The notes under the pieces are model-generated. The model did no database searches. It was not told the DNA's origin and was given only the letters and a program-made list of their open reading frames with translations. Both the position numbers and the translations under genes were made by a program. 64,000 bases of DNA, taken from Eledone cirrhosa. Lineage: Eukaryota. The stretch is from contig OZ024740.1 of the NCBI GenBank assembly GCA_964016885.1, positions 376,030,001 to 376,094,000 on the forward strand, read 5' to 3'. Shown one piece after another: positions 26,298-42,900 of the stretch. Position 1 is the first letter of the stretch, and each line of letters begins with the position of its first letter.

Positions 26298-27199
26298 TCA
26301 ATGCAGCGAATTACATACGCCATTTTTTCTTCTCTAATCATAATATTTTTGTTTAAGAATATGATACAAACTGTATCCTGTCTCATACAAATATAGATAA
26401 AGTTTATTACGCAGCTATAAACGATGGTTCAAAGACATTTAATTTTGGAAAACCAGAAGAATTCTCAGAATTATGAATCTCAAATGTTTTTCAAAAGAAC
26501 ATTTAAATATGGAGCTTATTAGTCTACATAGAAATATTCATTACAACTTCATTCATATTATTATGTTTGTAAAATAACGTAGATTTACAAAAAAAAGACG
26601 TTGTGATATAAATATATATCGATAATTGTGATTTTATATTTTTAAAATAACATGTTTTTATAGAGGAATACGTAGTGCTTTGGGAAGGTTTGCATGAATT
26701 TAGTTAAAGGCACATAAGTCAAGAAAGAAACGTGTTACTAGTGCTGGAATTGGCATGAATAATCTTGATACTATCCTTGAAATACCTATTCAATAAATCA
26801 GCCGTTACCATCAACAATCTACTGGTTGTGGCTTTTGATGTTCCAGCTTGCTCAACAAACACTTTGTGTGGATCAGACCGATATTTTGTTGTTTTTGAAA
26901 AAATGAATTGATCTCTCTATTATTTATGTGATATAGAAGACTACCATGGAAAATTCCTCAGACTGTGTGCCTTAACAGTCGTTAGGAATGTCACTAATTA
27001 AATTTTTGACTTTTCATCTATACTTTCTTGCACCATGTGAAGACGTTTCTGTTTTCTCGTGGTGTTAGGACCAGTAACAGGCATTGTACATTTGGCTACT
27101 TCTGTAGAATCCCAGTCAGCGATTTCAAGCGCTTTTCAAAATCTATAAAAGACATGAATTCAACGAATCAAGCAAACACTGTACCCACATATATTTATA

Positions 27200-27230
<31 letters not shown>

Positions 27231-30200
27231 TTCAAAATATTAATAAATGAGAAATATTATCATAACCAAAGTATATATTTTATTATACATATTTCAAAGG
27301 TAGAGTGGTGTTTCAGTACGTTTTCATCACATAAAATATGTATACACACACACAAACACATATATATATATATATACACACACACATACACACGCACAGA
27401 TACACACACACACACATATATATATGTGTGTGTGTGTATGTATGTGTGTGTGTGTGTGTATGTGTGGGTGAGCGTGTGTGTGTATGTATGTATGTATGTA
27501 TGTATGGAAGTATACACAAAGAGAGGGTGGATAGAGATAGATAGACAGAATAGATAGACAGGTAAATAGATAAATGTGGATAGGCTTTTTATTTCAATAT
27601 ACAACTCGTGTATGTGTATGCATATGTGTGGTTGTATGCGTACGTGTCTGCGTGTGAGTGTGAGGGTTAGTGTGTAAATGTTTAATTATACATAATAATA
27701 TTCATCCTGAATACATTTTTACAGACGTTCATCACCGATTCTTTACCACATGATACACTATATATATATACATATATGTGTGTGTATGTGTGTTTGTGTG
27801 TGTGTGTGTTTGTGTTTGTGTGTTGTGTGTGTGTATGTGTGTGTGCATTTCCATATTATACATGAGATAATTGTATGAGTATAATTCTCTATGGCGGACT
27901 AAGAAGGTTGTCAATGTCATAGTTAAGTAAGATTAAAAATGATGTTTCGTATGATTTGATAAAGAGCAAATTTAATGAAAAGGTGTTTTATCTCCATATA
28001 CATCAACCCGTTTGAAAATATATATTTTGCAGCCTATCCAGTACATGGATATAAGAAAATGTAGACATGCAGAAATATGTATATGTAAAGAAGTTATACA
28101 TATATACATAATACTTATGTATAATTATCTATCTACCACTCTAATGCTTCTTATCTATATGTATCCTACTTATATACTTATATATTGACATACATTCACA
28201 CGCACGCACACGCACACACACACATACACATGCACGCACACATACACACGCACACACACACACAAATATATATATATATATACATATATATGTATATATA
28301 TTCTATATTGGATTTGATACGACATGAAATTTAATTTGCATTAGGAAGCACCTCGTTGGATCTCACATCAGGGCTTCTTACATAAGTACCTCCTACATTA
28401 GATTTGGATTGAAGCTGTGTTGAAAACCGATGATTCAGGCGTTAGTCTTTCACATAGAGACATACTTTTCATGGCGATATTATTACACATTTTAGTTAAA
28501 GTTTCAAGCACCGTCACTATAGTTCTCTGAACAATTTGATCGGTCGAACAAATTACTAAATTATACATATGTTTAGACGAGCAACTGTTACTCTGATAGG
28601 GAAAAATAGAAATACTAGCTCGATGGTTAATGTCATAGGTGATTGTGTATTTGTTCTGTCGTTAATAAGTTCGGAGTGCATCCATGTGTATTGGAGTTTG
28701 ATGGTTCGATTCGATGTTTCATACATTGAACAAGACACTTCTAGGACGAATTTCCTTTCCGTAGGCATTTTCACACCAAAACAATGTGAATGACGGTAAG
28801 TGTACGAAAACGGCGTAGCAGCGTTTAATTGTGAGTCAATGCTGGTGCCTGTCTCTATAAATTACAGCTAAATACTTTTTTGTAGAATGAGACCAACAAC
28901 ATTTCTATCTCTGAACTTACAGATGAATTTAATATCTCGTCCATAATACGATTAACGAGATATTCATCCCCAGATACGAATATTTTCAATTTGCAGGAAA
29001 ATATCTTCCTAAAGAGAATGTTAAAGGAGCGTATCTCTTATATCATTTAACAGGATTTAGAAAATGAATAAGCATATATTATGCATGTAAGCCGAAATGA
29101 GTGTGTGTGTTGCCTTAAATATTACATTATATATATACATACATTTATAAATGTATGATTGTATCTATATGTATGTGTTTCAAAATGCGTATGGATGTCT
29201 GCTTTCCGTTACTGTTAAGCATAGATTAGCACGTGCCAAATGTTTAAATCTTTCCAAAATGTTTCTATAGGATATATGATATATGAAATTTTAATAATAG
29301 ATATTAACTCTACATAAGTTGGAATTTTAATATTCCCTGCACACATTCTAACACATAAGTTGAGAAAAATGTCCATACGGTTACCAGCAACAGCCACCTA
29401 CACGCATTCACAGACATACATATTTTATGTCTCATATATATATATATGTCTCATATATATATATACATGTCTCATATATATATATATATATATATATACA
29501 AGATAACAATAATGCAGATTTCACTCCAATTTTTATATTGCCAACATAATACCATTATGCGCTTCGCAATTTTTGGCCGTGCGACAGAAGACAAATAACC
29601 TTTTGATGCCTGATATGGAAATATCTCATAGGAGCCCCAATTTATGTCAAACACAAACTGGAATTTAACTACAATGGCTCGTCTAATTTGAATAACGTGC
29701 ATTCGTTTGACAGCTTAAACAACTATATATAAATATTCATGCATAACACTGCGTATATTAGATGTAAAATAAATCCTACGTCGATATGACAAGACATCCT
29801 CCTTCTTTAGCTTATTATTCTCTATTGAAGCCATGATGTAAAACAAATGGCTGAAAGATTGCTAACCATAGAGATATAAACGAAGTTTTCGTGGAAACGC
29901 AAAGCTTGTTTTCACTTGATTTTCTGGTTTTAGGTCTATAGTAGTATAATTCCAGTTCTTTTTATATATTTCTTTCTGGATATTAACTTTATTCTAGCCT
30001 ACTAAATATGTTAACCTCCACAGATCCTTATATATTCATACACCCTATCATTTACCAAATCATGTAATCCCTTGGACTGGTGCCATTGTCAGTGTGTACC
30101 CATTTGTTACACATACCATTCTTAAACTGGGACTAGTGCATTTGTGAATCCCAAACTTGATATTTGAACTATACAATGTTAGTCTGAAAAAGATTTTGAA

Positions 30201-30582
30201 GTTGTATCAGGCATAGCTTATAACTAGAGCAGATGCTAGATCCCAGTCTAGCCGTATTTGTAGCTACTCTCTAAATCGAATATCGTGAGAGGGAACTTCT
30301 TTGAAATATTCCCATTATTAGGTAGATTGTCTCAAAATGTAGGACAACTATAGATGAGATAATACCCCATTTATTATTCTTTTGTGCATGCGAGTTTACA
30401 TGAAGCTTACCACCTTGGTAATGACTTTATATCTTGATTCACTCCACAAAGAATAAAAGAATGTTTAGACAAACATTGTGTCAGTTTTGCAGTCTTCTAA
30501 TATCATCTTGTTTATTAGTATCCTGTCTGTAAGTTCGACTGTGAACATCTTGTAAATCTATTCTTCCGGTAGATAATTACTC

Positions 30583-30858
<276 letters not shown>

Positions 30859-30894
30859 TCATGTATACATCGCTATTTCAGAGCACAATTCCTA

Positions 30895-31516
<622 letters not shown>

Positions 31517-31568
31517 CGGTTTCCACACACGTTTTCAGATAAACAATCTTGCTAAACAAATTCAGAAA

Positions 31569-31634
<66 letters not shown>

Positions 31635-33949
31635 GGTTCGTTCTAAATAATATTTTTGTAGAAATAATTTGTATGCTTTATTTTTATTGTTGTTGTTATT
31701 TTGATTTTCTATTTGTCACTCCTACATTGGGCTGTAGCCTGCATTGTGTTACATTAAAAGTGTTACATTTTTGTTTTATTCGCTTGTAGTCCATATTTAT
31801 ATTTGCTTTTTACCTTTTTCTATTGTGTTGCATTAATTTAGTTTAGTATCTGTTTATTTATATTTTAACGATCAGCTATTTGCTTGAGAGTTTTGTTTTT
31901 ATTTTCACGACAGTATCGTACGTTTACTATTTTCAAGCTATTAATTGGTGCACAAATCTCAGGATTGCATTTTTGCCAGGGTTACTACTTTCATTTCATG
32001 GCAATAATTGGAAGCGAAATTTTTTTTTATACCCTCTAATTATTTCGCTATATTCCGTTTTTGCTTGTTATCTGTTTGTATTCCTATTTTATTTTACATA
32101 TATATATAAATGGACAAATTATTTTGTTATGCTCTTCCTTCTGTTGTCCCGAACTCAGATAACAATGAATTCGTTCAAGAGTGAAAATAATATAATGGTA
32201 AACAATATAAAGAGTTGAAAATGTGAATTATTAATGACAGTTGATTATGTAATGTCAATGTTGAGTAGATTTAGCAAAAGATCCCTTCAATCGCCATGTG
32301 AAAGATAAATGATCTCATAAGATGGAGTTTGACACAAGCAGTTTTTATATGGCTGCAGTTTAAACAGTATAGAACATGTGTTGATAATCAGACAAACAAG
32401 ATTGATTCGAGTGCCTGCGGTTAGGGATTGAAATGCTATGATAGTTACTAGACATGAATTTGCTAATTGGTGTTCGAGAACTGTTATTCCCTCCGGAAAA
32501 CCAATAATTTCTGGATGAATATAGTTTAAACCTCCACACCTGTGGCCTACAATTGGAACTGTTTACGGACAAAGGTCAACAATTCTAGTATCAGAACTGC
32601 TGTGTCATACACCGAGAGACTGAGCTTCACTGAATTTCATCCTTATCTTCTTAAGGCACAATTTGAAAAGGTTCTTCTGCATGTTGCTCAGTATTTTCAA
32701 GGATAGGAATGCGTTTATTTTATATTCGACAATATGCTTGTACAAGATATAAACATTTATATCGCACATATCTCGATATCATATTTAAAACGTTGTTGGT
32801 CATAGTCACTCGTGCAGAGTCCCACAAAGGAATATTGCTCGTGTTGAAAATACATCTTTCTCAACTAGGCACTCAAGCGGAAGTACCAAATGATCCTGTG
32901 GGAGTATCAAACGCCAAACACAGGCAGATATAATATTCTTAGAAAGTTAGCATTGTATACCATTGCCTTGCATAATCCTGAAGCAAATACTGGAAGATAT
33001 TACAACAATTTGACGAGATGTTGCCTCGTTGGGAGACTAATGAAAATGTCTATTTTACAAGTTAATTATATGTTGTTGATTGTACAAATGTTTTGACAAT
33101 TATATGATGTAATATTTTCAATTAAATGAATATTTGGGGATAACTCCTCTTATCCACACTGTTTACATGCCCTCTGATGGTCTCTCAAAATCTTACAACT
33201 AAATTGTTTTGTGTTAGTCCAAAATTGAATTCCTTAATATCACTTTGAATTGGCAAGTTCTTACTTTGAATTGATGTATCCTCGCTTAGAATTACTAATA
33301 CTGTAGTTCTGATTTCAAATACTGCTGACTTATATTTTCATTTTTATTTCATTGACTGTCATATCAGAAAAGCTACTACCAGAAATAATTGTGTATATAG
33401 AGAGTTTATTGACATTGCATTTAAGCAGAAACTATGCATTGCCATGCCTTAGAGCTTTTCCCAAACAACACAGTAATGTTTTTGAGTAGTAAAGGTAATT
33501 ATTTATTACGCTCACTTTGATGTTTTTTCAACACTACATATGACGCTTCATCTACCGCTTGCATTTCTCGGGATGATATTAAATAGCGAGGATCATGATA
33601 TACAAACCACTCGCGGTAAAATTGAATAATATCATAAAAAACGATGCGAATGTATAGGACAAATAGTGGAATAGAATAGAGAGAGTCAAAAGGTTGGTAG
33701 CTAAGCCATACTCGTAGTATGGAAGCAACATGTTCTTCGATTTTACCGCCAGTAGTAAACTAGCATATGAAATCAGAAGGGTTTTAGCTGAATTAAAATT
33801 AGAAATTAAGAGAGTAGATACGCTAGGAATTTCCAAAAAACCCTGATCATCAAATCTTCCTCTCTTACGAAATTCTCATGTACAGATAAATATAGTGCAG
33901 TATGGAAAGTGCACCTACATTGCATGGCTATGTTACCAGAGAGTTTCAA

Positions 33950-34700
33950 CGTCTGAGTAGTTAAGCAAGGAAAGTAGTCTATTTTGGAACTACACCTGTT
34001 AGATTAGCTCTCACTTAGAAGGATATGCTTTGGCAATCCAGGAACAAGAAGTAACAACGAAATATCTGATGCTCAACAGAGAAAGAGATGCAGGTAAAAT
34101 ACCAATATGTGACAACAGATGCAATGCTGCAGAATAAACATCGAGAATATTACCTACTTTATAAGCAGCTGCTAAAAAATGCCATCACAATATTATCTAG
34201 CCTTGTTTTGTAGTGACCAAAACCAATATAAAATGCAATCTCTAGAAAGGATATTCCTGATAATAACAATAGAAGACGTTACAGCGATGTAAAGGACATA
34301 CACATGCATAATATAAAAGACTCTGTATGAAAAGTTCCAGGTAAAATCCCAATAAAATGCAATATATCATACCACATATAGTGATATCCGAAAGTGAAAA
34401 GATGGTCTGCAAGATAGTGGAAATTGGCTACACAGCAGATGTTAATATATTGCTAAATATTAGTGAAAAGAAGACTAGGTATACTGATCTAATGAGGAAC
34501 CTTCATATACTCCACCATGACTACACGTTTAGATCTGTACCTGTAATCACTGGGTATCTTAGATATGTTAATTACTGTCTGATTTCACATCTTAGAAACC
34601 AGACTTCACAGAACGGGAAAGGGAAAGTTTAGCTAGTAGTTGCAATTACAGTATATCAATAATTCTGTAAAATACATAAAACATTTCAGATATTCGGTAA
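33950..34700 (+). pseudogene. R4/Dong-like LINE 3' remnant
   Basis: SSHLEGYALAIQEQEVTTKYL, ICDNRC, PHIVI...KIVEIGYTAD...EKKTRYTDL, VPVITG. Confidence 0.7.
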
Positions 34701-35329
34701 TAAAATACTTTCTAACGTGATGACCGTTATGGTCAGTCCGTTACTCGGACCTCCGTAAATACTGCTTATATGAAGGCAACACAACACATTTGGAAATGTT
34801 GAGTTACAGAATGAGGTATGATTACATACGAATATTTCTACATAGGTATTTTCTAACATTAAACATATTGTAACATATCTATATAAACGTGACATATATT
34901 TTTATATATTTATATAAGCACAGCATGATAAACGTTACAGATATAAATGTTACATTTATTGTAACATATTTATATACACAATTATGGTGTTGTAGCATTA
35001 CATACATAAAGAAATAAGCCAAGTAACCTTTCAAGAAAAAAGAATCCCTAAGTATCAAAGTTTAAATACAATTGTAGGATTGAAATCAATCTGAAAGGAA
35101 AGATTATCCAAGCCGTGGACGACTTTAAAGTTAGTTCTGACAATATTTTGTCTGAATATTTAAAGAAGACCATTGCCTCTTTTAAAGAATGAATACAAAC
35201 ATCAGGGAATAGACAAAATCATTATGGCGAAACATATTAGATTCCTCCGACCACATCGTGTATACAATGGACCTAAATTCTTAACCAAGATTATTATGAA
35301 GAATATATATATATATATATATATATATG

Positions 35330-35427
<98 letters not shown>

Positions 35428-35649
35428 CTGCCCACCGAACGTTCGGTTTTATGCAAAGGCCAAAATCCTTAGGGAAGACCATACACCCAGAAGTAGATTT
35501 TCTTCAAAAGCATTTAAATGAACAAGTAAAATGTGTCATTACATGTATATTGATACATTAAATGGAACTACCAAAGTAGGTTGACAATACAAATCCACCC
35601 ACTGAATGCATCCATCCTACTCCCACTGATAGCCAAATAACTTTGTGAA

Positions 35650-37560
35650 TTTAACAAACAAGTTGTAGAGTAAAAGCAATTCCGGAATCAGCCCTACAGA
35701 AAATATTAATCAAATCTCCAGGCCCTGACTTCTTAACAGTTTACTGATTGCAGAATTTCACCTTTTATTGGTGAGATCTCATACGGTTGTATGGAGAATG
35801 TATCGCGGTCACACAATAACTTCCCCAATGGTTGTCAACTGCTATTACTCTCCCTATGCACCAAAATAGCTAAACCTTAGTATCACACGTTAAATATTAC
35901 AATTGCTTGTTGTGTTTTACTGGATTTGTTTTGGAATGTTTGTTGTGTCGTTGCATAATGAAATGTATGAATTATTCAAGGACTTAGAATTAGCAAGAAT
36001 CCCTTAATCAAGAGTATATGAACAATACTTGGTACAGCACTTTGCTCCTTAGCGGGATAAGGAGAAAATTTAATATGATAGCATTCACTATAAAAAAAAA
36101 ACATCTTTCGGTGCTTAGCTTTCTCCTTTCAGTAATCCCACTATCATACCAGCTCACATTTGATACTGGCCAGAGGAATGGATCCAGAATTATTTCCCAT
36201 ATATTCTTTGTCGATCAACCACATAAAAATTGGACCTTATTACAAACATTGGAATGAAAACTAGTGAGTCCAAATTTGCATTTTTGAAAATAAAACGTGG
36301 AAAACTTATGCCTTCCTTTGGAAATTTAACGATTGTTGGATAGGCGATACAACTGTTACAGTCAGGGTGAGGTGACAATTATACGTATAGTGGACATGTT
36401 GAGAATGTTAGACATGATAGACCCATCAATAATGAGAAGGCCAGGAATGAAAACCACAGAAGTGTAAAAGGAATATGGTCATCAGTAATCTCAGTGTAAA
36501 ACAAGCTAACACATTGACCATATTTTTGCTGTGCCCATCCTGACATCAACATTTGGCCTGCTGGACTAGTCATACTTGATGAACTGGTCATTGCAAGAAT
36601 TAGCGAATTGGCTATAAGAACAGGCACTCTGCTCAGTGTTTCTTGAAACTATAACATCAATGGTGATGTGGATAGACTATATTCCTGATGCAAAGATGCA
36701 GACCGGGGCCTAAAATCTTATTAATATCATATAAGTCCCATTTAATAACACTGAAGCAACACCTTGAACAGAAGGGAATATCTGTGGCTATCTTACTCAT
36801 ATTTATCAGCATGGAAATATTATTAGGATAGAATCATTTATCTAGAAGAGATGTATGAAATAAAACCTGATAAAATCTCTTTCCCAGGAACAGGGGAAGA
36901 CTTTTCATATACCATTTAGTGGATGATGGAGTTCCGACAAGTTCATAACATCCCACATTGGAGTAAATATCCATGTCAATCCAGGAACAAGAAATCCCCA
37001 CAAAGTACCTAGTTCACTAAAGAGGAAGGTCGTCAGTTGTCAATAAATGGAAGCTGTTAAAAACAAAGATCAAAGATGTTAGTCCTGTTATTGCCAACTG
37101 TGAAAGAATGTCTTCTCATTACTACTTCCTTCCACATGAGGCATGATGTGATAGCAAAAATAATCTGGATGCATTTCGGAAGACGAAATAAAATCTAAAA
37201 TGGAGTCATATGTTGAGACAGATGACACAATGGAATACTGTTGGAACATAAATATAAGCTGCCACCTAATTACAGTACAACCAGTTTAGATGTCAGCTAC
37301 CCCCTTGATGTCAATCTAGTAAGGAAAACGCACCAGGATGATGTCTCAGGATTATTAATGAGGAGATTGTATGTCCAGTATCCAAGATTCACCTTCATCT
37401 TCACACTCGTCATTATTGGAGCTGAACGTTAAATACAAACCAGCCTGGACCAAAGTATAACTGAGCTTTTATTTGTGGAGCCAGAACGTCGTTGCTCAAT
37501 TCATAAGCTGCAAATAGCGGTGATATCTGGAGCCTTCAAAGCATTCTTATTATTCAAATG
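35650..37560 (+). pseudogene. Highly decayed R4/Dong-like LINE
   Basis: KSPGPD, GDNYTYSG, AVPILT, INGDVDRLY, IQEQEIPTKYL, RHDVIAK, TLVIIGA. Confidence 0.65.
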
Positions 37561-37563
37561 TGA

Positions 37564-37752
37564 GGCGGTGTATTGGCAGAATCAGTAGAGCGATGGACAA
37601 CATGCTTTTCAACACAGAGTTATGGCCCTTTACGGTCTTAGTTATATCCCGACTAGGTCAACTTTGCCCTTCATCCTTACGGGGTAGATAAAATAAAGTA
37701 CCAGTATTGGACTGCGGTAATTGCTGGCCTTGTGCCAAAAGTAGAAACAATT
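37564..37752 (+). mobile_element. tRNA-derived SINE (same family as the 7.2 kb and 49.6 kb copies)
   Basis: ggcggtgtattggcagaatcagtagagcg ... ctttgcccttcatccttacggggtagataaaataaagtaccagt ... gtagaaacaatt. Imperfect TSD ttattcaaa. Confidence 0.85.
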
Positions 37753-39363
37753 ATTCAAAGATGAACACTTACACAAGTACCAAATAGCATTTCTTTTCGT
37801 TAAAGACTTGCCACCTGGAAGGCGGCCGGTCAAAAATAAACTCAAAATTAAGAGAAACATACTTGGGTTTAGTGAACTCTTTCTCGCATGGAATATGATT
37901 TTGTGAAGTTAGACATTTAAATATGGCAGATTTGACGTAAAATCTTTGCCAGGTCACGTTAGAATAATGACTTTTGTGGTTGTCTAGTATGCAACGCATA
38001 CTTAATTCGATTCTGTAAGTGTTATTATCCATTTCTTTTCGTCATATTTCGAGTTTCTACATGTATTATTTAAGTTTATCATTAAAAAAATATTCTCTAT
38101 ATCAGTAGATCCTCGTATTCAGTAACCTCGCTCTAACTCTCTCTCTCTTCCTATTTTTATCTATATATATTTTTATCTATCTATCGATCTGTGTACTTCA
38201 TTCTCTGTACACGCGAACACACGCACACACGTGATGATGCATATGTCTATCTTTCTGTATATATGAATATTTTTAAAGATTGTTTTTTAATCTATGTTTA
38301 GTGCTTTTATTTCAATTCTTACGATTTGATATTCACATTAAATTGATTACTTACGCATAAGAATTCATTTAATTAACCTTATTCCTGGAAAAATATTCAC
38401 TTTAAGAAAGCATATTTAGCTTAATTAAAAATATTATCTTTTTAAGAAGTTACATTTTCTATATTGCCCTAATTACTAGAAATGAATACTATCTTAGCCT
38501 ACTCTTATTTTTCTCTTTTTATAATAATTACCGAAAGACTATTACACTGTAATTAAGACCGAAAATATTCCGCTCATTAACGCACCCTAAATATTTTAGT
38601 TTACAGTTAATTAATCGAATTAAAGAAATAGTGTTTAAAATGTTTTTCATTATACAAGCTTTTTCCCCAAATAGCTTACATACAAGTTAAGAAGACCGAA
38701 TCTAAATGTTTATGTGCATATACTTCATATTTGCAGTACTATATTATCGATTAAACTTTCTATGAAGTTGAAGAAAAAGAAGCAATTATTAAGATCAAAA
38801 GTGAACGATATTGCACGTTACAAGCATCGCTGACTTACATGGTATACGGAAACAAAAATATAGCGCTTATAAACATTATGATTATGTATTTGTTAGAGGT
38901 TGCTGCATATTGCGGCATAATACAATGACATATTCCATTCTTCATTGTTAGATCGTATTGGAGATACATTATATTAAAGATACAAAACACATATTAATTT
39001 ATTATTGAAAAAGAATATTACTATTAGTTTCGTGTTTTTGTGAATGCATTTATATTGCATTCAAGTGTATATTGAATTTAATGCTAAAAGTATTTTTCGA
39101 AAATGAAATGCATATATGATGTGAGAATATGATGTAAAAATGAAAGGCATTTATATGTGTATATGTTTATCACCTTTTTTTAATTATCTCCTCATGTTTA
39201 ATAACGTATGGTAATTGCTGACATACAATTTCATTTAATGTCTTCCTTGTGTTTTAAAATATTGTTAACAAATTACATTTATAGTAGTACTTGTTCGTCA
39301 TTCCAAAATGTATATTATATCACATGCCTGTATACAACAGACACATATACACACATAGGTACA

Positions 39364-39432
<69 letters not shown>

Positions 39433-39900
39433 AAATGATTTTTTTTAAATAAAATAACGAGATGTCCTTCATGAGTGAAAGTATAAGGAAAAGAAACCGA
39501 AAATGCAACTGGCGTCATTTCTAAAATATTTATTTGTTTCCTTTACCGGTTTCACAGTTCTTATGCTTGCCAAAAGTAGAATTGAGATGAAGGGTTTGTG
39601 GTTTGTCATGCATCATTTTTATTTTTGTTTGTGTTTATTTTTTATTCTTTTTTATTTTTGCTTGCCAGTTACTGAACTGTGATTTTGACTGTATCTTTTA
39701 ATTTTGTGCTTATGTATGTGAGAGAATGCGTGTGTATGTACATATGTATATGTGTATGTACGTATGTGTGTGTGTGTGTATTCATATACATGTGTGTGAG
39801 TGCGTGTTTGTATGTATATATATATATATATATGTATTATATATATACATATATATGTGTGGGCGTGCGTGTATATACATATATAGATAGATAGATAGAT

Positions 39901-42900
39901 AAATGTCTTTATTAGCCACAAGGGCACAAAAGAATGGGACAAATACAAATGGGGAGTTTATATACAGGTTTATGAAAATAAAACTATTAATACAATAACA
40001 AATAACAATTGAAATCCCCAATAGGGGGAGGTGTTACACAGGGGTGGTACACACCCCGAAAATATGTACAACCCTCATCTCCAGGAACACCAAGAGTGAG
40101 TACTCCCTTCCCTTCTTCCTCTTTTTCCTCAACCTACAGGCAGGCTTATATAGAGAGAACGCCCAACCACTCGGGCCATCTTTTCCACAATCACCCACCT
40201 TTTATAAAATTTGCTGAGGTACAGCACCTCTCTCTCCATGCTGATTCTTCTTCCGAAATGATATTTGAAAAAACGAATCAGTTGCTCGCCGGAGAGAAAG
40301 GTGTCTGACCTCAGCCCTTTTAACCTCGTCCACCATATAACCTCTTTCACTATAGCGATAACACATAGGAAAACCGCCTCTCCCTCGTTTTTGAAGGAGG
40401 GTGGCGGTTTGATCATGACAATGGACTCAGTGGTCAACTGGATTGGTCCCACCCGCGACAATAGTCGTTCTACATAGCCCCACAGGTCGGTAACGACCGG
40501 GCAGTCTACAAATGCGCGTGCGACGGTTTCCTCGTCACGCACGCATCTCGGACAGATCTTTTTCGAAGAGTCCCTACCCGGGGCCGGTGTCTGTAGAACT
40601 TGTCTCGAACTGGTAGAGCTCCTCGGTAGCACTGCCAGGCCAGGGACTTTTGGAAATTGTCCATTGGTCCCGGGTGGAAGGTCCTACCGAACTGACTGGC
40701 CAGTTCGTCCTCCTCTACCCTAGAGTTTCTCCGAGCGTGTCGTCGCATTTGCTGCGAACCAACCCTCTATAGAATGTCGAAGTGGAGTCTCCACTGATCG
40801 CCGGGTCCGTTTACTAGAGGACTGTGAGCGCCTAAGCACATTCGATATGCCAGTCGCCCATTTTCCTCGGTCTTTTCTTGACCCAGGTCTGCAGCTCGGT
40901 CAGCGTCACGAGTCGTGGGAAGGCTCGCCTAACGAATGGGGCCCACACTGGTTGTCTGGTGAGGAATACGTGGAGGTGCCGCAGCCTGAGCGCGTGTTTG
41001 CGCATCGTCAGCAACGGCTTCCCCAGCCCTCCGTTTGGAGGGTGTTGGCAGCAGATGGATCTTCTCACCAAAGGAGCCCGTTTCTTCCACAGGAATTGGA
41101 AGAGCGCGCGCTCCATTTTGGTGAGCGTTTTGGCTGGAAAAGGCACAACGGTCAAGAAGTAGTAGATGACGGATGCTATAAAAGTGTTCGCCACCTCCGC
41201 TCGACCTTTCAAAAATAGTTTGCACTCGGCCCACTTTTGGGTGAGCGCAAACACCTTGGCCGTCGCCTCGTTCCAGGTCTTCTCCACCTGGAGGTCAGGA
41301 CCAAACCAGACCCTGAGCAGCTTTACCAGTCCTTCCGTCCAGCGTCCGACGAGGTCATCGGAAGGCATCGCTTTGCCTCTCCACGTTCCGAGTTGCAAAC
41401 CGACGGATTTGTCCCGGTTCAGCTTCGCTCCTGTGAACCTTTCATATTCCTCCAGTAAGGTGCCGATCTCCCCGATTTGCGAGGTGCTCGACACCATTAC
41501 TGCCACGTCATCGGCGTAGGCAGACGCCGCTTTTCGCAGTTCCGGTTCCAAAGGGATGCCCTGCAATAGCTCTAACTTCCGCAGTAGTGGCTCGAGAGTC
41601 CGTACGTACAGAAGGGAGGAGAGAGGGCATCCCTGTCGGATGGATCGCGTGATATGGAACGGCTCCGAGAGGTAGCCGTTGACCTTGACCCTTGAGTAGA
41701 TGTTGCTGTTGTGCATTGCAGCAATTCAGCCCCTGAACACGGGTCCGAAGCCTGCCGCCTCGAGCACCACATCCAGGTAACGATGGTCAACACTATCGAA
41801 AGGCTTAGACTGATCCAAGTTGATCAGGGCCCCACCGAAGCCGGGTTTACACCCTACCCTCTCTATGATGTATCGCATGAGGTAGAGGTTGTCGTGTAGG
41901 GACCTGGTCGGGATTGCGCATGTCTGCGCTTCTCCCACCAGGTTTTCGACGACAAGCGCTAGCCTCTTTGCCAACACCTTGGCCAAAATCTGTAACTCTG
42001 TGTTGAGCAGGGTTATGGGCCGGAAGTTGCCTATCTCTTCCCCCTTGTTCCCGTCCTTCCTGACTAACGTGATTACGCCCTTAATCACAGAACAGAGAAT
42101 TCTGCCGTCCTGCTGCCAGTTGCAGTAGATCGCTTCCAGGAGACCGGAGAACAAGTCCGGCATTACTACGTAAAATTAGTAGGGTAGATCGTCGAGACCT
42201 GTTGATTTGCGTTTGCCGCATTGGCTCAGCGCGTCCCCTATCTCATCGGCCGAAATCGGTCTTTCGCAGAACTTCGACTCGCTGTCCGAGAGTCGCGGTA
42301 GGCTGTCGAGGTATGAACCGAAATCCATAGCACCTCCCGGCGCGCCGCCCTGCCCGAACAATTAAGCAAAGTGACGCTGAAAGGCCGCGCACATTCGCTT
42401 CGGCTCACGTATCACGCGTCCGTCTTGGTCCTACAAAGACCGAATCGTGGACTTGTTGCCACTTTTCGTCCCTGTCAGTCGGGCCCAGCTAACAGCTTTG
42501 GCTCCCTCGTTTCCCAAAGCACGTATTTTGCTTCTGACAACGCAGCCTTCATGCTTTGCCTCGAAGAACTGGTCCTAGGCCGTTGTCGTCGCTAGCACGC
42601 TGGCTAAGTTGCCACTCCTAAGGGCCTCTTCTACTTTATCTACCAGTTCCTTTTCGGTCCTATTTCTATCTAACACTAATTCTTTACTAAAACCTATCGA
42701 GTCTAATCTAACTGCCCTCTTGAGAGAGTACCACCATCTGTTGTTGACAATGGCCCCCGTCAAGTGCTGCTTAACTAAAGTGCTAATCCGTCTACTGTAG
42801 GCTTTGCATATCGGTAACGACAATTTCAGCTTCCAGTAGCCGAGTCCCTGTCTATAGGTTTTGTCAAGGTTGACTAATCAGGTCACTAAATTGTAATCTG

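Noticed and set aside
26800-28800. Possible host exons (ORF 28569-28793 followed by ggtaagt; minus-strand segment 27030-27145)
   Set aside because: No recognisable protein similarity and no consistent exon chain; needs RNA-seq.
32250-33100. Complex sequence that might be a decayed transposase or exon
   Set aside because: No motif recognised in any frame.
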